DNA from: Elusimicrobiota bacterium
Lineage (GTDB): Bacteria; Elusimicrobiota; Elusimicrobia; UBA1565; UBA9628
NCBI GenBank assembly: GCA_027319565.1
Contig: DAHVNA010000031.1
Location: 1-24,599 of the forward strand
Direction of reading: 5' to 3'
DNA: 24,599 nt
Part shown: piece after piece, positions 17,581 through 24,599 of the stretch
How positions within the stretch are numbered: position 1 is the first letter of the stretch
How the letters are laid out: every line of letters begins with the position of its first letter
The notes under the pieces: generated by a model
What the model was told of the DNA's origin: nothing
Seen by the model: the letters and a program-made list of their open reading frames with translations, nothing else
Database searches by the model: none
Translations under genes and position numbers: made by a program

Positions 17581-17942
17581 TTGCCGATGACGATCCGGAA
17601 CTCTTGGAGTTGCTAAAAACCGCGCTGGGATACCAGAACCACGAAATTGTTCCCGTCAGCGACGGACGGCAAGCCCTCCAAACGGTTTTGTCCGGCAAAT
17701 TCGATCTCGTTATTTTAGACGTCATGATGCCTTATATCGACGGCTACCACGTCGCCCATGAAATCTCCGACAAATTGGGAGAGAAATGTCCCCCCATTCT
17801 CATTATGAGCAGCCGCGACGTCCAGAAAGAAAAGGGAATCGCCTTGATGAGCGGAGCGGAAGCCATTTTGCAAAAACCATTTGAAGTCGCGGCTTTTCAA
17901 AACAAGGTCGCTGAAATATTAAAACGGCCCCGAGCGCAATGA
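17556..17942 (+). CDS. Single-domain response regulator (CheY-like receiver)
   Basis: RILIADDD, phospho-acceptor region LVILDVMMP.IDG, IMSS, QKPF. ATG 17556 overlaps the dnaE end by 25 nt. Confidence 0.9.
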   Translation: MADQKRILIADDDPELLELLKTALGYQNHEIVPVSDGRQALQTVLSGKFDLVILDVMMPYIDGYHVAHEISDKLGEKCPPILIMSSRDVQKEKGIALMSGAEAILQKPFEVAAFQNKVAEILKRPRAQ

Positions 17943-18772
17943 ACGCGGCGATTTTATCGGCCGTTGCCTTGATTTTGCCGCTTACACGGGCACAAGCTTC
18001 TTCAAATACGTCTTCTGATCCCGCCGCGCAAGTCTCTCCCCAAATGATCCCGATAAAGCCAAAGTCCCAAGCCCAGCAGGACGCTCTTGGCCTCATTCCC
18101 ACTCCCACGGGCCTTATAGAGCCGGACACAATGATCATCGATGCCAACACCGCGGCCACGCTCGACCCGGGAACTTTCGCGACTCAAACACGGTTTTATT
18201 CCGGCGGAGGAGTTCTTCAATACATCTCTCTTGGCGTTTTCAATGGCCTCAATGTGGGAGCCTCGATGACCGCCGATGGACTAATCGGCAATTCATCTTC
18301 GGTGGGAGTCAGAACGCCTCAAGCGCAGGTCAAATACCGGTTTTTCGATGGCAATCATTACGTCCCCGCTTTGGCTGTCGGATATGATGGACAGGGTTAT
18401 GACTATAACAGAATAACCCATAAGTATAACGACCCCGGTCGCGGCTTTTACTTGGTGGGAACTCAAGAACTTTTTATTCCGGGCCTGGTATTTTCTCCGT
18501 CGGTCAACGCCTCGGGAACCAATTCCAGCTCTATTTACGGAGCTTTGCCCGTAACCTACACCATTGAAAACAAGGTCTCAATCCTGGCGGAATGGGATAA
18601 TATTCATAATTTCTCCGATAGCCGGGTCAATGTCGGCCTTCGTTTCTACATCACCAATCATTTTGACCTTGACGTGGCGGTCAGACGAGCCAATCAAAGC
18701 GGCTATTATTCCGATGGGACCTCGCGCGGGCCGGAAAGAATCATCCAACTGCGCTATGTCGGAAATTTTTAA
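17939..18772 (+). CDS. Exported probable outer-membrane beta-barrel protein (YjbH-like by resemblance), function unknown
   Basis: Signal peptide ending AQA. Gly/aromatic-rich alternating beta-strand pattern (VKYRFF..PALAVGYDGQGY, VNVGLRFY, FDLDVAV) and terminal Phe. ATGA overlap with the upstream gene. Confidence 0.6.
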   Translation: MNAAILSAVALILPLTRAQASSNTSSDPAAQVSPQMIPIKPKSQAQQDALGLIPTPTGLIEPDTMIIDANTAATLDPGTFATQTRFYSGGGVLQYISLGVFNGLNVGASMTADGLIGNSSSVGVRTPQAQVKYRFFDGNHYVPALAVGYDGQGYDYNRITHKYNDPGRGFYLVGTQELFIPGLVFSPSVNASGTNSSSIYGALPVTYTIENKVSILAEWDNIHNFSDSRVNVGLRFYITNHFDLDVAVRRANQSGYYSDGTSRGPERIIQLRYVGNF

Positions 18773-18777
18773 GACCA

Positions 18778-18806
18778 TCGAAAAATATCATAAAAAAACG
18801 TAAAAT
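18778..18806 (+). promoter_or_regulatory. Putative sigma70 promoter of the aldolase-pfk-tolC operon
   Basis: TCGAAA (18778-18783), 17 nt spacer, TAAAAT (18801-18806). ATG 18813 follows 6 nt later. Confidence 0.55.
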
Positions 18807-18812
18807 AGCGGC

Positions 18813-18830
18813 ATGGAGGCAATCGAATGA
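18813..18830 (+). other. Candidate leaderless 5-codon uORF (MEAIE*) overlapping the aldolase start
   Basis: ATG GAG GCA ATC GAA TGA. Its ATG is at the predicted +1, its TGA overlaps ATG 18827 (ATGA), and it contains GGAGG at 18815-18819. Confidence 0.35.
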
Positions 18831-19912
18831 ACACAATGGCAATTCCTTCCCAGAACAAAAATTCCCGCAATCATTTTACCCAACTCAGCCCCGGAAAATT
18901 GATGGGGCTTCGGCGCATTACCGATGAAAAAAACCGTTTTAAGGTCTTGGCCTTGGATCAGTCCAACTCCTTTAGAAAAGCGCTTAAAGCCCTGCACGCC
19001 AAAGAGGGCTTGTCCAAGGAGCCAGATTACGCCGAGATTCGAGATATCAAACTTAAGATGGTCGAGATATTAAGTCCTTGGGCCACCGCCGTTCTTTTGG
19101 ACGTCAACTACGCCGCCAGGCAAGCCCTCAGTTCGATGTCTTTGCCGAAGAATGTCGGCCTCATTGTTCGGCTTGAGGCCTCCAAAGATCCTGGAACGAA
19201 ATCGGAATATGAGCCGGGCTGGTCCGTCGAAAAAATAAAGAAAATGGGCGGCGACGCTGTAAAACTCTTGGTATACATCGACACCGAGGATCCAGAAAAC
19301 GTCAAAGCCCAAATAAATTTCGTCAAGGAAGTTTCTCTGGCCTGCGCGAAAAACGATATTCTCTTGATGACCGAAGAATTGTCGTTTCCAAGAAAAGGAG
19401 AAGAGAAAACTTCGCCTTCTTACAAAGCCCGGAAAGTCAAAAATATCCTGGAAGCCGCGCGCTTGATTGGTCCTTATACTGATATTCTGAAGCTAGAATT
19501 TCCCGGCTCCATTCAAGAAGATTCCGCATCGCAGATGGAAGACAATCTCCAGCGCCTCAATGAAGCGGCCATTCGCCCCTGGGTGCTTTTGTCCGCCGGA
19601 GAGAAATTCGATCTTTTCGCCAAACAGGCGGAAATGGCTATGCAGGCCGGCTGCTCGGGTTATATGGCCGGGCGCGCCATCTTCAACGAATCCTTCGACA
19701 ACTCAAAAAACCAGGACACTTTCCTTAAGTCTACTGGAGTCGAGAGAATGAAAAAACTAAACACTCTTGTCGACAAAACCGCCCGCGGCTGGATGGAAAG
19801 ATATAAAATCACCGCTCAGGATATTGCCGCGACAGTCGATCCGCAATGGTATTTAGACTCAAAGCCCAAAAATTTAAGGGCTTCCGAATCGATGAGTTCC
19901 GGAGATTATTAA
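18827..19912 (+). CDS. Class I aldolase, tagatose-1,6-bisphosphate aldolase (LacD)/YihT family
   Basis: VLALDQ, AVLLD, GGDAVKLLVY, DILKLEFP (Schiff-base Lys), WVLLSAG, GYMAGRAI. SD GGAGG 7 nt upstream. Confidence 0.85.
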   Translation: MNTMAIPSQNKNSRNHFTQLSPGKLMGLRRITDEKNRFKVLALDQSNSFRKALKALHAKEGLSKEPDYAEIRDIKLKMVEILSPWATAVLLDVNYAARQALSSMSLPKNVGLIVRLEASKDPGTKSEYEPGWSVEKIKKMGGDAVKLLVYIDTEDPENVKAQINFVKEVSLACAKNDILLMTEELSFPRKGEEKTSPSYKARKVKNILEAARLIGPYTDILKLEFPGSIQEDSASQMEDNLQRLNEAAIRPWVLLSAGEKFDLFAKQAEMAMQAGCSGYMAGRAIFNESFDNSKNQDTFLKSTGVERMKKLNTLVDKTARGWMERYKITAQDIAATVDPQWYLDSKPKNLRASESMSSGDY

Positions 19913-20974
19913 ATGTCGCGAAAAATCGGGATTCTGACCGGCGGAGGAGATTGCCCGGGGCTAAACCCCGCGATCAGAGGAGCAGTCATTCAAGCCTTGG
20001 ATTTGGGATATGAATGTTGGGGACTTGAAGAAGGCTGGAAAGGCCTTATCGAAGGAAACGCCCGAAAGCTGACCATCGGCGATGTCGAAGGCATCGTGGG
20101 ACAAGGCGGCACCATTCTTGGCACTTCAAGAACCAATCCTTTCAAAAAAGAAAAAGGAGTCGAAAAGGCTTTGGAAAGCATGAAATCTCTCGAGCTCCAT
20201 TCCCTGATCGCGATGGGCGGAGAAGACACCTTGGGAGTCGCCCAAAGGCTTTATGCCGAACATCAAGTCAAGGTCGTGGGCGTTCCGAAAACAATGGATA
20301 ACGATCTTTCGGCCACCGATTACACCTTCGGTTTTGACACCGCGACTACAATCGCGGTTGATGCCGCGGAAAAATTAATCGACACCGGAAAAAGCCACCG
20401 CCGGGTGATGGTTCTTGAGGTCATGGGACGAGAAGCCGGCTGGGTCGCCTTGTTTACCGGAATGGCCGCGGGCGCCGATTATATCGCGATTCCGGAAAAT
20501 CCTTTTGACGAAACCGAAATGCTTGAGCAGATTAAAGTGTCTTATCAGCGCAAAAAACACGCGCTGGTCGTCGTCTCCGAAGCCTTAAAATTTTCAAAGT
20601 CCGCTTTGAACGGCAACATCGTTCCGGGAAAAGACGATTTCGGCCACGCCCTTCTTAAAGAACAAGGCACCGGAGATACGGTGGCTAAAATGATTGAGAA
20701 AGGAACCGGAATCGAGACCAGGGCCGCCGTGATCGGCCATATTCAGCGCGGCGGAAAACCCACTCTGTTTGACCGCATGCTAGCCACGCGCGTGGGAATG
20801 AAATCGGCTCAGATGACCCATGAAGGGCAATTTGGTCGCATGGCCGCGATGAGAGGTTCTGAAATTATAGACGTTTCGCTTAAAGAAGCCGCCGGAACCC
20901 TCAAAAAAGTTTCTAAGGATTGGATTGTCGCGGCGCAAACTCTGTGCGCGAAAAGAGAGACCGTTTCGCGATGA
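19913..20974 (+). CDS. 6-phosphofructokinase, PfkA family; motifs indicate the PPi-dependent type
   Basis: TGGGDCPGLN, GGTILGTSR, GGEDT, PKTMDND, FGFDTA, EVMGREAGW, GHIQRGG. Confidence 0.9.
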   Translation: MSRKIGILTGGGDCPGLNPAIRGAVIQALDLGYECWGLEEGWKGLIEGNARKLTIGDVEGIVGQGGTILGTSRTNPFKKEKGVEKALESMKSLELHSLIAMGGEDTLGVAQRLYAEHQVKVVGVPKTMDNDLSATDYTFGFDTATTIAVDAAEKLIDTGKSHRRVMVLEVMGREAGWVALFTGMAAGADYIAIPENPFDETEMLEQIKVSYQRKKHALVVVSEALKFSKSALNGNIVPGKDDFGHALLKEQGTGDTVAKMIEKGTGIETRAAVIGHIQRGGKPTLFDRMLATRVGMKSAQMTHEGQFGRMAAMRGSEIIDVSLKEAAGTLKKVSKDWIVAAQTLCAKRETVSR

Positions 20975-21543
20975 CCGAAGAAATCAATCCGAAATATCAG
21001 CGCCGGACAATCGTCGTCAAGCGTTCCCTCCAATTTAAATACGTCGCTCTAATCTTTCTAACTTCTCTTGTGGCGGCGCTTTTAGCCGATTTTGATGTCT
21101 ATTACACCGTGGCCAAATTGGCTCTGCGGGAAAATCCGGCATTGGTCACCTCCATTTCGCACCTCTACTTGATTTTTGGAATCAAGATGTTTCTCTACCT
21201 TTTCTTAATCATCTTAACCGGAGTTTACATCTCCCATCGTTTCGCCGGTCCAGTTCACCGTTTTGAAAAAAGCGCTCAGATTGCGGCCGCGGGGGATTTG
21301 ACCCATCGAGTGGCGTTAAGAACCGGAGACGAGCTTCACGAGCTTCAGGAAGAATTTAACGCGATGATGGCCAGTCTTCAAAGCCTCATCCAAAAAGACC
21401 GAAATCTCGCGCAAAGATTGTCCGATAAGCTCAATACTCTTGGCAAAAAAATTGAAAACCTAGACCCCCCGATTGAAGTTAAAGAAGAGCTGGACTCAAT
21501 AAAAATCGAATTAAAGCACCTGACTCAATCCTTTAAAATTTAA
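20971..21543 (+). CDS. Small two-TM HAMP-domain protein with a short coiled-coil tail
   Basis: ATG 20971 (ATGA overlap with pfk). RRTIVVKRSLQFKY, two hydrophobic helices, SHRFAGPVHRF..GDLT.RV.LR.GDEL.EL..EFN.M (HAMP). Confidence 0.8.
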   Translation: MTEEINPKYQRRTIVVKRSLQFKYVALIFLTSLVAALLADFDVYYTVAKLALRENPALVTSISHLYLIFGIKMFLYLFLIILTGVYISHRFAGPVHRFEKSAQIAAAGDLTHRVALRTGDELHELQEEFNAMMASLQSLIQKDRNLAQRLSDKLNTLGKKIENLDPPIEVKEELDSIKIELKHLTQSFKI

Positions 21544-22965
21544 ATGCGCGCCCATTTGAAACCCAATATAAGCATAAGAACCCTTTTGCTCATTTTTGGG
21601 GTTCTTTTAATTTCAAAAGTTCTCGCGGCCGAAGACGAAAATTCCTCTTCACTGGCCCGGCCTTCGGTTTTTCTAAACCAGCCCGGGGCGTTTTCAGGAA
21701 ATGACGAGACTTCAGCAGATGACTCAAACCCTGTCGGAGGAGTCATTGAAAGAACCCTGACGCTCAAGGATGCAGAAAGACTCGCTCTTCTCAACGACGC
21801 AACGGTTTTGTCGGCTGAACAAGATAAGATCGTCGCCGCCGAAAGAGTGCGCGAGGCGGGCTATTTATTCCTGCCCGAAGTCGGGGTTCAAGCCAGCGCG
21901 ACCAAATACAACGCCCTCTATCCGTTTGCACTTCCCGCCGCCGGAAACGCGCTTTTGTTTCCCAAAGACTCGCCGGGATTTGGCAATAATTTAAACACGA
22001 TCATGTTCGGCGGAGCCTACATGAACATGAATCTTTATGAAGGCGGCAGGGGAGTCAACACTTATAAATTGGCCCAAGCCGCGCAAAAACAAGCCGACAG
22101 CCGCTATAAGGCCGCGCGGATGAACGTCATTCTCGCGGTTAAGCGCTCTTTTTATCATCTGCTACTGACGCAAAAAGAAAAAGAGCTCAACCAAGATTAT
22201 CTGTCCCATATCAAGACCCTTCTTCAAAACGGAAATCTGGATCTGTGGGGGCGACTAGAGGCCCAAACGCAATTAGCCAACGCCGAGACCCAGTATGCCA
22301 AAATCTCCCACAAACTTCGAATTGAGCGTCTCGAGTTTCTCAAAAGTCTCAACCTCGAGCTAGATACGCCCTTTCGGATTGTAGGCAAAATTGAAACGCG
22401 CCCGGTCACCGTGGATATTGAAAAAGCCGTTTTATGGTCATTGGAATTGCGCCCCGAACTACAATCGGAAACCTACAAAGCTCAAATGGACGCCATCTCC
22501 GTCAATCTCGCCCAATCGCGTAGAACCCCGACCGTATTTATTTCCGGGGATTATGATTTGATGACGCAAAACTTCCCGGTCGATAAAAACAATTGGGACG
22601 CGACTATTGGAATGAAGCTGCCATTCGCCTATGACTACTGGAGCGAATTGACAAAAAAACGGGCGGAGCAAAGGCAAGGAGACATTAGTCGCGCGGAACT
22701 CCAAGATCAGGTGCGCTTAGAAGTTCGCGAAGCTTTTTCCGATTTAATGTTCTGGCAAAAGCAGTATCCCATTCTTAACAACGAGTATAAAAAAATGGCG
22801 GACCTTTACGACCGGGCTTCAAAAAGCCACGGAAAGACTCTTCTTAAAATCAAGGCGCTTTCCTCTCTATTAGGCATTCAAACGGCCTATCTCAAAGCCG
22901 TCACGCAACACCTCTTGGCCAAAGCTAAACTTGAGCGGGCGGTCGGCCGAGAGATTACGCAGTGA
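21544..22965 (+). CDS. TolC-family outer-membrane efflux protein
   Basis: Signal peptide, LTLKDAERLAL.N, FLPEV, MNLYEGG, VKRSFY.LL, RPEL, W.ATIGMKLP, VRLEVREAF, AKAKLERAVG (two OEP repeats). Confidence 0.85.
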   Translation: MRAHLKPNISIRTLLLIFGVLLISKVLAAEDENSSSLARPSVFLNQPGAFSGNDETSADDSNPVGGVIERTLTLKDAERLALLNDATVLSAEQDKIVAAERVREAGYLFLPEVGVQASATKYNALYPFALPAAGNALLFPKDSPGFGNNLNTIMFGGAYMNMNLYEGGRGVNTYKLAQAAQKQADSRYKAARMNVILAVKRSFYHLLLTQKEKELNQDYLSHIKTLLQNGNLDLWGRLEAQTQLANAETQYAKISHKLRIERLEFLKSLNLELDTPFRIVGKIETRPVTVDIEKAVLWSLELRPELQSETYKAQMDAISVNLAQSRRTPTVFISGDYDLMTQNFPVDKNNWDATIGMKLPFAYDYWSELTKKRAEQRQGDISRAELQDQVRLEVREAFSDLMFWQKQYPILNNEYKKMADLYDRASKSHGKTLLKIKALSSLLGIQTAYLKAVTQHLLAKAKLERAVGREITQ

Positions 22966-23942
22966 AACGATTAAATCTCTTCTCGAAAATTCTTGGAATT
23001 TCCCTGGCCCTTCTTGTCGCAGCCCAGGCCCGAGCGGCAATGGATTTATCGGCCAACGCCGTTTTGCGCGATCACTTGTGGAGAGATTTATCCTCAAAGC
23101 CAAAGACCCAGAGACCCACGATTGGACTGGTTCTTTCCGCCGGAGGCGCCCGAGCCTCTGCCCACATCGGGGTCATATCAGTCCTAGAGGAAGCCGGCTT
23201 TCCCATTGACGTCGTCGCCGGAACCTCGATGGGAGCCATTATTGGTTCTCTTTACGCCGACGGAAAATCTCCCGCCGAATTAAGAAAATTGTCCCTTAGG
23301 ATTGGGGCCACAGCTGGCTCTAACATCAGTCCCTGGACGTTGTTAGAATACCTTTTCGCGCAAAAATTATTCTCCTCAAAGAAACTAGAGATGTTTATCA
23401 AGAAAGAAATCAGGGACAAACGCTTTGAACAACTCAACAAACCTTTCGCCTGCGTCGCCATGGACATTAACTCAGGAGAGGCCATTATTTTCCGAGAAGG
23501 GCGCGTAGCCCCGGCAGTGAGAGCCTCGATGAATCTTCCGGGAACTTTTAAGCCCGTCGAATATCGCCACCGCTATCTTGTCGATGGAGCGATCGTCGAT
23601 TACGTCCCAGTTGACGCTGCCAGGCTTTTGGGTGCAAAATGGGTCTTAGCCAGCGTCACCGAAGATGATTTCACCCACGCAAGACCCGTAAACGTCATCT
23701 CAAGCATGGAGCAAGTCATCGACATTCGGGGCGCCATGATTTTAGACGCCCAGAAAAAGACCGCGAATTTCTTGATAGAACCGGATGTCGGAAATGTGCC
23801 ATCCGCCGGCGGAACATCTCTCTATATGACTCCAAGGCCTTGGATTATCGACCAAGGAACGCTTCAAGCCAACCGACTTTTGCACAAAGCGGAAGAGTCT
23901 TATATTCTTTTTTCCATGCCGGCCATCCTTAAGGGGTATTGA
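22962..23942 (+). CDS. Exported patatin-like phospholipase
   Basis: GTG start (GTGA overlap) and signal peptide ending ARA. LSAGGARASAHIG, GTSMG (catalytic Ser), LVDGA (catalytic Asp). Confidence 0.88.
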   Translation: MKRLNLFSKILGISLALLVAAQARAAMDLSANAVLRDHLWRDLSSKPKTQRPTIGLVLSAGGARASAHIGVISVLEEAGFPIDVVAGTSMGAIIGSLYADGKSPAELRKLSLRIGATAGSNISPWTLLEYLFAQKLFSSKKLEMFIKKEIRDKRFEQLNKPFACVAMDINSGEAIIFREGRVAPAVRASMNLPGTFKPVEYRHRYLVDGAIVDYVPVDAARLLGAKWVLASVTEDDFTHARPVNVISSMEQVIDIRGAMILDAQKKTANFLIEPDVGNVPSAGGTSLYMTPRPWIIDQGTLQANRLLHKAEESYILFSMPAILKGY

Positions 23943-24599
23943 TGAAAAAAATTCTGCTAACCCTGATCCTCTTATGGCCTTCCTTTCCCCTTCAGGCCTC
24001 TTGGAATATTTTCCTGCATCAAAAGAATCCTCTAGCCAAAGAAAAAGAGTTGTTTCAGGAAGGGCGCTATCAAGAAGTGATCAAAAGATTAGGTCATGGG
24101 AAATTTCAATACTACCGAGGGAAAAATCTTGCGAAAGCCTACTTCTATTTAGGACAAAGTTACGAGTATACCGATCATCTCGGCCACGCTCTCGGCTTTT
24201 ATGAGTTGGGAGTCAAACTTTTCCCTGATGATTTGCGGCTGGTCTTGGCTTTAGCTCTTTTGCTTCACAGAGCCGGGCTTGAAACCAACGCCAAACCGCT
24301 ATTTAAAAAAATACTCCTCGCAAACCCGCAGAATGCCGAAGCGCATTTGGGCCTTGCGGAAATCGACTCAAACCTGGGATTTTTAAAGAGAAGCGCCCAG
24401 CGCTATCAAGAGACACTCAAATCCGTTCCCGAAAACGCGGACATCTGGCGTCATTACGCGGAAGTTCTCTTTCGACTAAGAGAATTTTCACAGGCAAAAA
24501 CCGCAGCCAATAAATCTCTTTCTCTCAACCCCGATCCCAAGACGGAAATGGACATCGCCTTTATCGATAGAGGGGAAGGAAAATTAGAAGAGGCTATTT
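23942..24599 (+). CDS. Exported tetratricopeptide-repeat protein, 3'-truncated by the window edge (absent from the ORF track)
   Basis: Manual translation from ATG 23942 (TGATG overlap): MKKILLTLILLWPSFPLQA..AYFYLGQSY..LFPDD..NPQNAEAHLGLAEI..PENADIWRHYAEVLF..LSLNP. Frame is open to the end of the window. Confidence 0.85.
   Translation, partial: MKKILLTLILLWPSFPLQASWNIFLHQKNPLAKEKELFQEGRYQEVIKRLGHGKFQYYRGKNLAKAYFYLGQSYEYTDHLGHALGFYELGVKLFPDDLRLVLALALLLHRAGLETNAKPLFKKILLANPQNAEAHLGLAEIDSNLGFLKRSAQRYQETLKSVPENADIWRHYAEVLFRLREFSQAKTAANKSLSLNPDPKTEMDIAFIDRGEGKLEEAI

Noticed and set aside
207..23485. Numerous 60-165 aa antisense or alternative-frame ORFs in the track
   Set aside because: They lie within or largely overlap well-supported genes and show no recognisable motifs or initiation signals.
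23974..24204. 76-aa ORF listed in the track
   Set aside because: It is an alternative-frame shadow of the TPR gene that starts at 23942.
1..24599. Predatory or lipid-scavenging lifestyle inferred from pili, two patatins, an acyl-CoA ligase and an exported protease
   Set aside because: These genes are in separate transcription units and each is common in free-living bacteria. The window alone cannot support the claim.

Overview
Gene-dense bacterial chromosomal segment from a diderm organism (TolC and a probable outer-membrane beta-barrel are present). The gene style resembles Elusimicrobiota, but that is an unverified impression. In order it contains: the end of a type IV pilus motor operon (pilB partial, pilT, pilC); a shortened uvrC; an exported C1B cysteine peptidase; an exported ankyrin protein; an orphan DppC/OppC permease; an acyl-CoA synthetase; an HD-domain tRNA nucleotidyltransferase with the loop deletion typical of CC-adding enzymes; a cNMP-binding/patatin fusion; an ADP-ribose-type Nudix hydrolase; dnaE followed by a receiver protein and a beta-barrel protein; and a tightly coupled operon (LacD-family aldolase, PPi-type PFK, HAMP membrane protein, TolC, exported patatin, TPR protein). 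I saw no tRNA, rRNA, CRISPR array, mobile element or recognisable defence island. The strongest pattern not explained by the ORF track is regulatory: most transcription-unit starts have a sigma70-like -10 hexamer exactly 6 nt before an ATG, which implies widespread leaderless mRNA. One of these ATGs opens a 5-codon uORF (MEAIE) that overlaps the aldolase start. All protein calls are from motif recognition by eye; no database search was run.
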